Below, piece after piece: positions 10,456 to 24,709 of a stretch of DNA of 64,000 nucleotides. The position numbers and the translations under genes were made by a program. This stretch comes from Raja brachyura (lineage: Eukaryota). The stretch lies in assembly GCA_963514005.1 (NCBI GenBank), contig OY740807.1, forward strand, positions 18,724,001 through 18,788,000, read 5' to 3'. The notes beneath the pieces were generated by a model. The model made no database searches, was not told the DNA's origin, and saw only the letters and a list, made by a program, of their open reading frames with translations. Numbering within the stretch: the first letter of the stretch is position 1; each line of letters starts with the position of its first letter.

Positions 10456-12046
10456 TCTCATTTTGTGCTGTGCTGTTCTGAGCAGTATTGCGACCAGAAT
10501 ATAGGTGTTGCCTCAAATTCTCAAGCTATCAATGAGTGTACATTTCCTTTTGTTTAAGTAAGGGTTGTACAATAATTCATAAAATGCCCCCTAGGCAAAT
10601 ACGTTAACATATTGATCTTAGCTACTCATTCTGTAACTTTTATGCATCTGATTCATTGTAGAGCAGGGTAGGTATTTTCTCAGTGGCTGTTGGAAGCATT
10701 CCTTAGATACCAATGTCAGTGCAACCCAAGAGCGGCTCACTGTTAGCCTTGTAACCTTGCATTCAGTTAAAACCACCGACCACACCCGACCTGTACAATG
10801 CACTACTGAAACTGACTGCCGATATCAACTCACTTCATGTCACCTACTTTTGTTTCTTGGATCCAGGATTGGCTGGGGGACTGGGGATGGTGGGGGAGGG
10901 GGTGAGAGGGATGGAGAAGGATTTCTCGAGGGGCACAGTCAATATTTACCCCTCCACCAACCAACACCAAAACAGATAATCTGGTTACTGCCACGTTACC
11001 CCGAGGAGCAGGCTTGGCTTGGGCAACTTACAACCCTGCGGATTGATTTCTCCAACATCACGTAACCCTTGCACTCCCTCTCTCCCCGTCCCTCCCCCAC
11101 CCCAGTCTTCCTGTTAAATTCACTGTTCGTATTCCTTTGTTATCACCTCGTCCCCAGCCCACAATAGACTGTTGTGGGCTCCACTGTTCATGAGTCATCG
11201 ATGCAGTCCAACGATGACCCATATGTTAGTTCCTTGTTGGGCCACTTTTCCACCCCACACTCTAGAGGCAATTTACAGCATTGGCAGCATTGCCGCTACT
11301 CTTCAAAGAGTGACTGTGTTTCAGGAGAGCCAGGTTCACGGGGCTGTAGCCTGCTAAGGGATGTAATGAGGCTGTGAAAAGTGGAGCAGGAGGCATGTGT
11401 TGCTTTTCTTTCAATGTATGACAGATGCTCAGTGGAGCAGACATGATGTTAAGAGCAGAGAGGTTTGAATAATTTAGAGCCTGGAATTCCCGAGGCAGTG
11501 CCTGAGGTTTGCTTTTATTCTGGTTCGGTAGATTTGGAGTTCACTGACTGGGCTGATGTGGGACAAACAGGCTATTGCACAGAGGGAACAACAGGAGGTT
11601 ACTGATGAGGTGGGTGGTGACCGGGCAGTGTGGGATGCAGAGCTGTGCTCCCGCTGTTTTTGCCTGGTTCCGAGCACCTCAATGCCTTCACGAATGTTCC
11701 TCCTTCATTTTGAGCAGAGAAGGGATTTTCATGATCTCCGGAGCCTGCCCGCAGAATCCACAGTGCAGTTTTGGAGCAGTCCTTCAGTTACTTGAAGAGG
11801 GAGCAGGGAGACCCTCTGTGGCTGCCACTGCAAGACCTGTCCCCTCCAGAAGCCATCAGCCGTAAATCAAAAGCCAGCTGAAAAGTCAACCACACAGAGT
11901 TCGCTCTGGTGAGGACCTCAGAGTATAAACTGGGCCTAGAACTGGATGAAGCCGGTCCCGTGAATAAGCAGCCACTATGGGTCACAGGCAGGAGTAGAGC
12001 CCAAAGTTACACTGGGCCACGAGTGTTCGGGCAAACTGTTTTGTGT

Positions 12047-12322
12047 GTGGTGCAGCAGGAGAGCTGCTCCCGTACAGCGCCAGAGACCCGGGCTCGATTC
12101 CAACTGCGGGTGTTGTCTGCACGTTCTCCTCTGTGACCACATGGGTTTTATCCGGGTGCTCCGGTTTCCTCCCACGTTCCAAAGACGTGCAGGTCCGCAG
12201 CTTCTGTAAATTTCCCCCTAGTGTAGGATGGAGTAAGGAACTAATGTATGGGTTAAATCGTTGGACAGCGCAGACTCAGTGGCCAAAGGGTCCATTTCCA
12301 CGCTGTAACTTGCAACTACACT
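12047..12322 (+). mobile_element. HE1/V-SINE-like SINE
   Basis: gagctgctcccgtacagcgccagagacccgggctcgattcc head and conserved core. Confidence 0.8.
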
Positions 12323-12649
12323 GAAGACCAGGAGACCAGGCCGAGAGGCCTGTAACCAGATGTTGCTTCCATCACTGGGCCTCCACCACCTCTGGTAACC
12401 TCAGCGTGTGGCCCCTCAGTGTGTCAAAGTGACACATTGCGGGGAGAAGCTGTGTGGAGAGGTAGGTTCTTTTCACCTCCTGACCTTTGACATACGGATA
12501 ATTGACAAGAACATGGAGCAGGTGCTCCAAACGTGAAAAACCTAGAACTGATGTAGCAAAAGCACGTAAAAAAATACATCTCTAACTTAATGTGCTCAAT
12601 AAATAAACAAAGGAAGTCAACAGCTGGATTCCAGTTGAACGACAATGCA

Positions 12650-12946
12650 GCTTAATGGTGCAGTGGTAGAGTTGCTGCCTTACCGTGCCAGAGATCCAGC
12701 TTCGATCCCGACTATGGGTGCTGTCTGTACGCAGTTTGTACCTTCTCACCATGACCTGTGTGGGATTTCTACGGCAGCTCCGGTTTCCTCCCACACTCCA
12801 AAGACATGCAGGTTTTGTAGGTTAATTGGCTTGGCAAATATGTAAATTATCCATAGTGTGTGTAGGATAGCATTAATGTGCGAGGATCACTGGTCGGTAC
12901 GGACCCGGTGAGCTAAAGGGCCTGTTTTCGCGATGTATCTTTAAAT
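12650..12946 (+). mobile_element. HE1/V-SINE-like SINE
   Basis: ggtgcagtggtagagttgctgccttac head, core, and aagggcctgtttt tail. Confidence 0.85.
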
Positions 12947-12966
12947 TATTATATTATATTATTCTA

Positions 12967-13251
<285 letters not shown>

Positions 13252-13368
13252 TCACACTGATCATTTTCTTACATATAATTGAGTGCAGTGCAGCGGTGGT
13301 TGAAGAAGGTGCTCACCACCACTTCCTCAATTGTACTGACCTTGTCCATATTCTGAACAATTCTGACA

Positions 13369-13639
13369 GGCAGCACGGTGATGCAACAGCAGATTTGCTG
13401 CCTTACTGCACTAGGAACTTGAGTTTGATCTTGACTACGGGTGCTGTCTGTGTGGAGTTTGTACGCTCTCCCCGTATTTGCGTGGGTTTTACCCGGGTGC
13501 TCTGGTTTCCTCCCACACTCCAAAGACATTCAGGGTTGTAAGTTAATTGGCTTTGGTAAAATGTGTGTGTGCGTGTGCTAGTGTACAGGGTGATCGCTGG
13601 TCGGCGAGGACTGGGTGTGCTGAAGGGCCTGTTTACATG
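13369..13639 (+). mobile_element. HE1/V-SINE-like SINE
   Basis: ggcagcacggtg head, ggagtttgtacgctctcccc core, gaagggcctgtttacatgctgtatatcta tail. Confidence 0.8.
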
Positions 13640-14419
13640 CTGTATATCTAACCTAAACTCATTGCAACGTTTAAGAAACCTTTAGACAGGTATAATGTGT
13701 AGGATAGGTTTGGAGGGATATGGGCCAAATACAGGCAGGTGGAACTAGTGTAGATAGGACATGTTTGTCGGCATGAGCAAGGTGGGCCGAAGGGCCCATT
13801 TCCATGCTGTAAGACTATGACTCAAAACAACCAAGGTGTTCCCTTATGTTCCTCCCCTTCCAGAAAGAATCACCTCCAATGACCTTCAAACCATTTCTCC
13901 TGAGCTCATCCTCCTCTTGTTTTACTGCTGGCACCTCATCAGCAGGCAGATAACTCAGACCATGGGTGTCCTCGCTGACATCAATGAATGCTAGGAGGCC
14001 ATCATGACAGGTAGCAGTATTCAGTTATGTACAAGGTCTGCAGTAGTACATGGATTATCCAGCAATGGCCATTGCAGTAGGTTTTGCATTGACCAGTAGC
14101 CTACATTAAATCACCTTATATGGAGATGGATCAAGTGGAGAGTGAGAGAAGTAGATCGTCTACGACTGAAGAAAATAAAATCCTCAATTAGCAACGTGTT
14201 TGCTGCCCAGTTCTCAAGATAGAGATGCTGCACATTCTGTTCACAAATGGCAAGTTGTATATGAGGTGTCGCAATTTGACACAGACAGTAAACTACTAAG
14301 TGTTCTCTCTTGTGAAACCTTGCTGGCAAAAACAGTCTCCAGGGGTTTATAATCCATCCTATTTCTGATCAAAAATAAACCTGAACAACTGTGGCCCACA
14401 GACACCGGGAACCATTGAG

Positions 14420-14550
14420 GTCTGAAAATGGGTCTCAACCTGAAACGTCACCCATTCCTTCTCTCCAGAGATGCCGCCTGTCCCGCTGAGTTACTCCAGC
14501 TTTTTGTGTCTACCTTCGGTTTAAACCAGCATCTACAGCTGTTTCTTACA
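14420..14550 (+). mobile_element. Penelope-like terminal fragment
   Basis: tgaaacgtcacccattccttctctccagagatgccgcctgtcccgctgagttactccagc...ttaaaccagcatct; an inverted copy lies at ~14735-14856. Confidence 0.7.
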
Positions 14551-15742
14551 CCACTGGGATACTGTCAGGGCTGGTGTGCATTGTCCGACATCCCAATGGT
14601 CTGCAGTAGTTTATCAGTCACACCGTTTTTTCCTGTCTGCTCTATCTATAAATATAGAGGAATATGCAGAGGAAGTAATACACCACAGTTCTTTAATCTA
14701 ATGAAAAGATGAATAGACAAGTACATACAAGCAATGTGTAGGAAGGAACTGCATATGATGCTTTACACCAAAGATAGACACAAACTGCTGGAGTAACTCA
14801 GTGGAACAGGCAGCATCTCTGCATAGAAGAAATGGGTGACATTTCGGGTTGAGATCATCATCTCTGAACCTCTCCAGTGTCTTTAAAATGTTGTAATTGT
14901 ACCTGCTTCAACCACTTCCTCTAGCAGATTGTGCAAAGGACAATAGTGGGCAAACACATGGGCAGGGCCAGATCGGGGAGACGCGAGAGGATCCACTGGT
15001 CAGGCTGGCAGATGGGCAGAGGCTGACTGTTGCCGTAGTTTTCATCACCTGCTTCTCTTCGATACTTGAACTGCACATCGGTCCTATGGAGGCCACGGTT
15101 TCTGACATCTCCCTTCCTACCCAGCATAACCACAACTAGACTCGAGTCAACAGCCATTCTGTACATCTAGCAGGGAAGGTGCATACACAGAGATACACGC
15201 CTGATTTTTACGCAAATCTGATCAGCAACAAAATACATTTGCGTTGGAAATTTGTGTTGGAGCAAGAGATACAAGTTGTTGTACATTAAATACGACCAAG
15301 GTATCGGAGAGGGTAACCAGGAAGGCTGTGCCTGGGATGTACACAAAGGCAGTTAATAGCCATTGGTCATCCATTTTCCTGCAGCTTTCCTGTTGCAGCA
15401 TTATTACATCCACATTTCTCCACCACGCTACTTGCATGGAGCCCGGTTACTACTGTGTAACACATGGATTGCAGAGCTGCAGTCTCCCACAACTCATGCG
15501 CCAGGCATTCTGGTTCAACCCCAATCTCAGGTGCTGTCTGTGTGGAGTTCGCATGTTCCCCATGTTAGTTTTCTCCCGCCCCCCGCCCCCCCCCCCCCCA
15601 CTAAGTCTAGACATGGGGGTTTGCAGGTTATTGGCCTCTGTAAAGTGCCCCTGGTGTGCAAGGAATGGATGCAAACGTTGGTAACAGAGCTAGTGTGAAC
15701 GGGATGGTTGATGTGGGCTGAAGGGCCTGTATCTTTCAATCA

Positions 15743-16203
15743 CTCCCTGCATGGACACACAGCACCTCCACCCCGACTGAAATCCAGAGCCAGTTTCTTG
15801 CAGACAGTCGCACCTCTCCAGACAACCAAAGAAACAGCAAGGACCAACATCTGGAAAGATGAATGGAACCAGCTCAGACGCGCCCATGACTGGATGGAGA
15901 GAGGAATCACTCCGACTGAACGCCTCGCCAGCGGGCAGGACCTCCCATGGCCAACCTGGAAGACCCTCAACAGATTACAAGTGGAGCAGGGGAGGTACAA
16001 AGCACTTCTGAAAGCATGGAACTACCAGGCAGAAGACACATGCAGCTGTGGAGCAGTACAGACAATGTCCCACCTACTGGAGTGTGACAACGCCCCCCAG
16101 AGCAGCCCCCAGGACCTGGCTGAACCGACCCGACCAGCTGTGACCTGCGCCAGATACTGGCAGAACGACATCTGAGATTGCAACGGACCCGAAGAAGAAG
16201 AAG
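15743..16203 (+). mobile_element. Ingi/Vingi-like (possibly RTE-X) LINE 3' fragment with (GAA)n tail
   Basis: Open frame with RLKSR..., W.TLNRL...GR, zinc knuckle CSCG..QTMSHLLEC, stop at 16175, short UTR, gaagaagaagaag tail; sits in the tail of a SINE (15485-15742) with possible aatca TSD. Clade name is from motif recall. Confidence 0.7.
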
Positions 16204-16847
16204 AATCAAATTAGCTCTAATAGCACAGAAGATTTAGCGTGGGGGGCATTAAGTTTGAAGCAAGGGAGAGGCAGTTTTCATTCTGGCTGCCCACGCTGAC
16301 CCCAGCATGGTTCAACAGCCTGCCAACACGCCGAGCTCCGTGCCACTCATAACCCCGTCCACTTGCCAAAGGCATGAATACACATTTTCCCTCTTTGGAA
16401 AGTTGCTCTAACACAACAAGCAATATTTATGTAAGTGAAGTTTCCTATCAGAGTAGGGCCAGTGGATGGGACCCACTTCACAAAATCTGAATTGTGCATT
16501 GTTCTCCATGAAGCAGGTCAGCAAGATCCCTCATTACTCATCAATAAGTGCACTGTGCCAACATCCCATTTCCTTGTGCTTTAATCACTTTGGAGTGAAG
16601 TTCCCACAAACAGAGAACAAACAGGCACTGTGCGATAATAGAATGTTTTGTGGAACGGTGCAGAGTCCGGACCCAAAGGCGCCGATTCTTCGACCCCAAA
16701 ATACACGTGTTTAATAATCAATTACCAGCAAAGTGGTGGAGCACCCTGTTACTAGGCACCGCGATAATCCACACTGCGCAGAGAATTCATTCCACAGTTG
16801 CCTAGGTAGCAGGCAGGGAGACCAATGGTGGAGATTTTACATGTTGA

Positions 16848-17166
16848 GCAACACAGTGGTGCAGCGGTAGAGTTGCTGCCTAACAGTGCTTACCGCACCA
16901 GAGGCCCGGGTTCCATCCCGACTACAAGCGCTGTCTGTACGGAGTTTGTACATTCCCCGCGACATGCAAGGGTTTTCTCAGAGATCTTCGGTTTCCCGCA
17001 ACGCTCCAAAAGAGGTTCAAGTTTGTAGGTTAATTGGCTTGGTATAAGTGTAAATTGTCCCTAGTGTGTGTGTTGGATAGTGTCACTGTACGGGGATCGC
17101 TGGTCAGTGCCGACTCGGTGGGCCGAAGGTCCTGTTGCCGCGCTGTATCTTTAAGCAAAACTAAAC
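16848..17166 (+). mobile_element. HE1/V-SINE-like SINE
   Basis: Full head, core and tail. Confidence 0.85.
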
Positions 17167-17779
17167 CTTGGACTTATCCAAACCCAAAGGGCGGTCAGCA
17201 GCCTGGGAGGCCGAGCTCGGTACGTACGGCTCCTCTCCCTGCCCCGCTCCCACACACTGCAGGCTGGCAAGAAGCTGCTCAGCTGGTTAGGGTGCAAATA
17301 CCAAACAGTCCGTCCCACCCCAAGCTTCGACACTACAGATTTCCACTTGTTGACATTGGGAGGAGGATTCCACCCATGGGGACAAACAATTACACGGCTC
17401 CTGCGGTTAGAAAACCACATTCCAGACTAGTTACTGGCGGTGAACGTTTCCCTGGCGACGGAGCAGGGTTGTGCCAAGCTGCAGAGTATAAACTAGATCC
17501 AAAATGTTATTTCCTGAAGCAGCAGGGGCAGGGGGTAGGGATCAAGGTAATTTTTAGGGATATATATCAGTCAGCCTATTTCACGATCAGTCACAGCCTA
17601 GGAGAATCCAGTTCTGGAGAAAGACTGAGCACAAGGGGCTTCCCAATGATCCACTGCCTGCACTGCTCCCAGGTTGTCTCATTGCTCCTCGCTCAGCCCA
17701 GGACATTCCACTCTCTGCCCTTAATGTCCCCAGGGTGTTTCAGTGCATCTGCTCTGCTAAAGATGTTTAGTTCAGAGAT

Positions 17780-17918
17780 ACAGGAGCACCCGGAGAAAAC
17801 CCATGCAGGTCACGGGTCAAATGTACAAACTCCATGCAGACAGCACCATAGTCAGGATGGAACAACGGTCTCTGGCACAGTAATGCAGTGACTCTACTGC
17901 TGTGCCACCGTGCTGCCA
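17780..17918 (-). mobile_element. HE1/V-SINE-like SINE 5' half
   Basis: Reverse complement of the head (ctctactgctgtgccaccgtgctgcc) and core. Confidence 0.7.
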
Positions 17919-18123
17919 CAAGGCAAAGGCTCACAGGCCAGCGTTAAATACCTCTCAGGATACCACTCCAAACCCTCATGGTCCTTCTGAAATAGAAGTG
18001 GCCATTGTAAGGGGAGTGGAGGCCTTGATTCAGCAACTCATCCCAGGCTCGAGTCCAAGACACATTGCAGCAGATCCACGTGGCTCATTTAGTTATCCTT
18101 TAAACAGCAACTGTTCAACCCGA

Positions 18124-18253
18124 TGTGTAGGAAGAAACTGCAAACGCTGGTTTAAACCGAAGATAGACACAAAATGCTGGAGTAACTCAGCAGGACAAGC
18201 AACATCTCTGGAGAGAAGGAATGGGTGACGTTTCGGATCCAGACCCTTCTTCA
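18124..18253 (-). mobile_element. Penelope-like terminal fragment
   Basis: tgtgtaggaagaaactgc...gatagacacaaaatgctggagtaactcagc...gggtgacgtttcggatccagacccttcttca. Confidence 0.7.
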
Positions 18254-19753
18254 TATTTCATTGTTTAACCTGACTCGAGCATTACAGAAAATAATGATTC
18301 GGGTTTGTGATTCGGTGGCAAGGAATGCACCGGCCTCAACTCGCTTGAAAACTGAGCATTTCCTGCGTTAGTCTCATGACAACAAGCAGAGGAATGATTG
18401 CCTAGAAACAGCTATTTTCCCAACACTTGTTCACTGAAACAAATGATCTAATAGCATAGCGATGAGAATAACATAACGATCAGAAACCAGGGATGGAGGG
18501 GAAATATGGAGTAAAAACCACCAGGGCAGTTTAAAATACAAGGCCTATTCGCACCATCTCACTCCTGGCAACTCGATGCGGTGCGGACAGAGTGGCCGAC
18601 GGCAACAGAGCCGCCGCAGGTGAGGGTGGGAGGTGTGAGCGGTGCCTGGAGGGGGCGGGGGGGTCGGTGCTGGGACCACCGCCGCGTCCCACCTATCACA
18701 CCATCTGCACGGGAATGTGAATGCGGGTTAGGCAGCATCTATAGAGTGGTGGACAAAAATGCTGGAGAAATGCTTGAGTCTGAAAAAGGGCCAAACTCAG
18801 ACATAGATGCTGCCTCACCCGCTGAGTTTCTCCAGCATGGTTGTCTACATTACCATTTTAAATAGTGTGTGATGGGCTTAAGCCAATTAAATTGCTCGTT
18901 CTTTATGGGGAACCCGACGACAAAAAAAACGATTCTCATTGGTGAGTGTGACTTTATTTATTTATTCATATTTCTTTTTTTGAGCGTGAGAACTTCTGTC
19001 ATCTGCATGAGAGCGTGAGAATTTCCTCAAATGCATTAGTCTCACGCTCAATGCGCGAGATTTGGCAGCCCTGAAAATAACAGGTGGACAATGCAAGGTG
19101 GACATGAATGACGGATAGGTCACTGAGAAGTGCCAAGTGCCAAACACGGCACCTTTGGGGCTTTTACTTAAACTATTACAAATGTTTAACTGGCAGGTAC
19201 ACAAACATCATAAGGTGCAATAAAGTCATTGGATAGCATTCGGGAGCAGGAAGCCGATTAATTTCTCTCCCAGATTTCCCCCAGGCATGAATGGGATTGT
19301 TTAAGTGTTACACACACTGAAGGCATGGAGTTCCCCATTGTCCAGGGAACGCTGCTCATTTACATTCTGCTGCTTGCATCAGCACGTCTGCAAAGGTGCA
19401 GGGACACCCACTTAAGCTCAAGTTCTCTGGGCTCAGTCCCAAGTGCCATAGACACACTGGTCAAACCTGCTTTGGTTTCTGTGGTGGAGCCTTTGTTGCT
19501 CTGCTCACATCAAAACTGGAGCAGGCCCAGAAAGACAAATCCAACATGATGGAGAGAGGTAGCCACCTCCCTGAGTAATGCCTTTGGTTGAAGACCCACT
19601 CCATGGGTTCTGAGCACCTAATCTTAGCCAATTGGCTCTCTTCCAATTTTCATACCAATTCAGGCCTCGGGGAGTACAGGCTGGTCCAATTGTGGTGGCA
19701 AAGTCCTGCGAGTGCTAGAGGCCTCAGGAGCTAGGACTGCGCCAGTAGAATGG

Positions 19754-19861
19754 TCTTCTTCAGCCTAACGTTGTAGGCCGACTTGTTCTATTTGATCTTA
19801 TTTGATTGTGCGCATTCGTCGAAACAGGCCGGACCACGTGAAGGTTGCAATCTTCCACCCC
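19754..19861 (-). mobile_element. HDV-ribozyme-headed short retroelement, copy 2 (internally deleted)
   Basis: Minus strand GGGGTGG AA GATTGCA ACC TTCACGT GGT CCGGCCT GT TTCGA CGAA TGC..., then shared gatcaaatagaacaagt...ttaggctgaagaaga; no TSD seen. Confidence 0.8.
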
Positions 19862-21040
19862 GCTAAGAGGGTGAACCGGGGTAAAGCCTCCAGCGCTTTC
19901 AAGGTAGGTTGGAGGATGTGCCCCCAGGACACAAGGTGACCGGGCATGGAGAGGGAGGGGTGGCAGTTAGCGGGAACTGCTCCAGTACATCGAGCGGGCG
20001 GGCAGGAGTTCGGACTTGAAGAATGGCGCCAAAAATGGCAGCACCCGCATGTGTAATATATGCAAAAGGAATTTCACTGTGCAGTTGCAAATGTGACAAA
20101 TCAAGCACTATTGACTCCAATTGAAGCTCTTGCTGAAGATCCAGTGATGACAGTGTTCATCGACGGTCTGTGGCCATCCCATCATCTGCACTGGGACTTG
20201 TGGTTACTCATAACACAAGGTGGACAAGAGATTCTGCTGGGCTCAACCCCATATTTACACTTGGGCACGGATGGTCCACAAGTCTTAGCTTCCGGTCTTC
20301 CATTACCTTAGGATCAAGATGCCCTTCTATCAATTGATGCTTGAGGCACCAATATTCCCCGTACCCACTCCACCCAGACAAAGGTCTGATCACCGCGCCA
20401 ATCCTTGATCCAGCCGCGCGCCCTAGCCCGGTCGTAGGTCCCGCCCACCGCTCCTGGCCGCATCCCCCAATTACCTGCTCGCCCCCCAGGCTCCCATCAT
20501 GTCTGCCACCACCGTGCCAGCAAACAGTCTCCAACCTTCACCCACCCTGCCCTTGCCCCAGTCCCTATGGAAACGCCCACATACATTGCAGGCTAGGACT
20601 CGCCGATCATGCCCGTACATGGAGCAGGATGCCTGAAAGATCACAATGAACTTATTCAACCAACACAATGATGCAGAGACTGCCAATATTTCGAACGGCA
20701 CTTAAACAAACAAATTGTCGCAAAGTGGGTGTGGCGGGCGAGGTGTTGCCAGTAAATATCCCTTCTCTCTCTCGCTCCACTTCCTCCTCTGCTGCCAAGT
20801 TACTGGCTGGCTTGTTCCATTGACTTTTTTAAATGCAGCTTTCAAGGCCAGAATCTCAGTACATCAACTCCCACTTACTCCCAGACCTTGGGTTTAGAAA
20901 ACCAAACTGCTAAAAATAGTGGACTGTAAACAAAACACATTTTGTCTGCAGCAGTAGAATGGAACAAACATTCTCTGCACACACTCTCTTTCCATCTTAG
21001 TGGGTGCCAACTAATGCTGTGCAACCTCTCCACAGACCGG

Positions 21041-21325
21041 TGGCACGGTGGTGCATTAGTAGAGTTGCTGCCATTGACTTGGGTTCGAACCCGACAATGG
21101 GTGCTGCCTGTACGGAGTTCGCACATTCTCCCCGTGACTATGTGGGTTTTCCCCGGGTGCTCCAGTTTCCTCCAACAGTCCAAATATGTACAGGTTTGTA
21201 CGTTAATTGACTTCGGTAAAGACTGTAAATTGTCCCTATTTGTAGGCTAGTGCTAGCTTATGAGGATCGCTGGTTGACGCTGGGCTCGCTGGGCCGAAGG
21301 GCCTGTTTCCGCATTGTTTAACTGA
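21041..21325 (+). mobile_element. HE1/V-SINE-like SINE
   Basis: Head, core and gggccgaagggcctgtttccgc tail. Confidence 0.85.
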
Positions 21326-22871
21326 ACCACTGTTCACAAACTAAACACGGCACTCAACGTGGGTTCTGTCACTGTCTCCGCGCCACCTCAGGGTAGGAAT
21401 ATTTCAGACCAGTACAAATCTTGTTCTTGCGTGACAGGGATTAAAGAACAGTGCAGGGTCACACTTGCTCAGTCCTTCACTGAAGCAAAGGATGCTTGAT
21501 ATAGATGGAACTGAGAGGTTCATTAAGTAAGTCCTACGTTACCTACAGAAAGCCAAAATAAGTTATCACTCTCTCTTCTTCGAGTAACAGAACAGTCCTA
21601 GACTCACACGGCACAAAAAGACAGGCCCTTCAGCCCATCGTTTGCAGACCAAACATTTTATTCTCCCGACAATCCTCACCCATTGCCTCCTTCAGGGAAG
21701 TACTTTTGCAGAAAGGCTTGAGAGACTGATAGCAGTGTTGGTGACTGATGCAAGGAGCGATGGATGTTGGCAGAGTAAAACTCAACTGTTTATTCACAAT
21801 ATTGGGATCACAGTGACATTGTAATAATTCTAAACCATTATCTATTATTTTGCAAGCCTTCAGTGAAATTTCCAATTAGCTATAATACCCACTTTGTGAA
21901 TGAACACTTGAGCACTTTCTGTAATTAGTGCTCTGCAGCAAAATAATTACGAGATTGATTGCATCAAATGTGTAATAATAAAGTGAGCAGTTACAAGACA
22001 TTTAAATATTTGTTTTATCTTCTTGTTATGTTGATTCACTAACTCAGGAGCAGGTTTGGTTACCCGAAACTGCTCTGCAAGAAAAGAAAGTTCTTCTTTT
22101 CAGCATTAAAAGTAGAGATCGACAAGAGAAAGGCCATTTGCTTAATAGCACGTAACGTGAGATTTTGGACATGTATTGAGAACTTTTAAACAAATTACGG
22201 TTGCTGGGAATGTGAAATAACTGCAGACGACGCTGGGAAAACGCAGCTTGCGCAGCGTCAAAGGGAAGAGAAACAGTTAACGTTTCAGTTTCCAAGAAAA
22301 TCAGTTGAGCTTTTCCAACATTTTCTGTTTTATTTTTGGACACATATCCCAATGAAATCTGATCCCATGAGAAATTACACCAGGTCTCCATTAACCTGGA
22401 TGTAAAATGCATTGGACCATAGCATTTGTGAATGTAATGAAATCATCAATGTGCACAATGCATATTCTGCAGAAATCAGATGAATTGACTGCCATTTTAC
22501 ACCTGCATTGGCGCTGATCTTTGCACAAGTGCAATGCAGGCAGGCAGGCAGGCCTCCACGGGGGAAAGGGGGGGGAAGGGGCACCCTGTGAACTCTGAAC
22601 ATGTGGCTAAATGCAATGAATGTGGACCCAACACAAAACAATGGCATCATCTCAGATAGACATGGTGGTCAGCAAGGTAGAGTTGGGCCTAAAGGCCTAT
22701 TGCCGTGTTGTAATACTCCATGACTCTATGATCTCCCTCTAAGCTTTTTCTATCCATGTACCTGTTCCAATGTGTTTTAAACATTAAAATTGTACCCTTC
22801 TCAACAGCTTCCTCTGGCAACTTGTTTCATGTACCCATCACCCTTCATGTGAAAACGTCGCCCTTCAGATC

Positions 22872-23160
22872 ATAGAGAAATAGAAATTAGGTGCAGGAGT
22901 AGGCCATTTGGCCCTTCGAGCCTGCACCGCCATTCAATATGATCATGGCTGATCATCCAACTCAGTATCCCGTACCTGCCTTCTCTCCATACCCTCTGAT
23001 CCCCTTAGTCACAAGGGCTACATCTAACTCCCTCTTAAATATAGTCAATGAACTGGCCTCAACTACCCTCTGTGGCAGAGAGTTCCAGAGACTCACCACT
23101 CTCTGTGTGAAAAAAGTATTTCTCATCTCGGTCTTAAAGGATTTCCCCCCTTATCCTTAA
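22872..23160 (-). mobile_element. HER1/CR1 LINE 3' end
   Basis: Reverse complement of the same 3' end seen at 7864-8151 and 49245-49861. Confidence 0.85.
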
Positions 23161-23392
23161 GATCCTCCATGGCTCTCTAGTGACCATCTACAAGAGGAGC
23201 AGAGTCACAGGACAAGGTGACAGCTCTGAGCACTTCCATCACAAGCTTTTAGTGGACTCAACATGGCACATCCTAGAGTTGCATTAAAATACCAGGGTTC
23301 ATCTACAGACAATGCATCCAGCTAACCTAGAGGACCAGGTGCTCACTGGTCAGAATGACTGTGAGAAATCATCAGCAGTGGCAGAGTTCTCA

Positions 23393-23536
<144 letters not shown>

Positions 23537-23818
23537 CTAAAAAATGTACAGAGAGTGGTCACTGGCGGGTATCACCACAGTTTAACGAACCTTACCAGAG
23601 CAGCACTCACTCTAGCCTGTCTGGATATGTGGGGACCCCTAATAATCCTGCGCCTATTGGACCACTTTAGAGGACATTTCAGAGTCAGACCTACTGATAT
23701 ATCAAGCACCTGGTTGAGCCAGTACCCCTGATCCCCCTAGGGCAGTTAAAGGAATATCAACAACTCTCCGTGTGATGGCCCAAGGTAAGAGAATTCCTCC
23801 TTAAATTTCTACCACTAG

Positions 23819-24105
23819 GGCGGCACAGTGGTGTAGCGTTAGAGACAGCGAACCAGGTTCGATCCCGACTACAGATGCTGCCTGTGCAGTGTTTGTACAT
23901 TCTCCCCGAAACCTGCGTGGGTTTTACCCAGCATCTCTGGTTTCCTCCCACACTCCAAAGCTGTACAGGTTTGTAGGTTAATTGGCTTGATGAAATTGTA
24001 AATCGTCCTTAGTGTGTGTAGGATAGTGTTAGTGCACAGGGATCGCTGGTCAGCAAGGACTTGGTGGGCCAAAGGGCTTCGTTCCTCACTGTAACTCTAA
24101 ACAAA
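23819..24105 (+). mobile_element. HE1/V-SINE-like SINE
   Basis: ggcggcacagtggtgtagcg head, core and tail. Confidence 0.85.
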
Positions 24106-24709
24106 ATCAAACCTAAATTACAATTCTGAGCCTTTTTCTAAACCTTTCCGTTAGTCACTCAATGCTTTGTTGCATAGTTTTAAGCACCGTCTAACCTGTG
24201 CCTATTTTTCCCCCCAATACTAAGAGAACCCCAGCTTCTCCAATCGTTGCCAGAAGGTCAACCTTGGAAATTGTATTTGACACGTTCTGAAGTGCTCTCC
24301 ATCTTTATGCCAGATGGAATCACCCACACAGCCAAACACATCCATCCAAATGCAATGCCATGCAAGTTTGGCATAAAAATCGATTTTCAATTCCATTCCT
24401 GTAGATTAAAATATTATGGACACAGATTTTTTTTCTTTCAAATGTATGATCTTCTTTTATGGCTTCTAACAACTCAATTATTTAGATCCCTGGTCCCTTT
24501 GGTCTGCAACTCCTTTCAAACCCTGAATTGCCAAGGATCACATCCCCTTACAAAATGTATTGCATCGTATCATTTGCTTGAAGTCATTTGCTATCTAATA
24601 AACCTTGCATAATGTCTTTGTGTATTTTGCCACAATCCTCCAAACTATAACACTAATAGGACTTTGAAACTGTATTTCTAATCAAGTCTGTTTCTATAAA
24701 TTGCTTATA

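Noticed and set aside
12650-12720. tRNA-like A/B box sequences as tRNA genes
   Set aside because: They are SINE heads continuing into the shared SINE core, without a complete cloverleaf.
17034-17891. Longest ORF in the track (285 aa)
   Set aside because: It begins and ends in SINE sequence and has no recognisable domain; most likely a chance ORF antisense to the intron.
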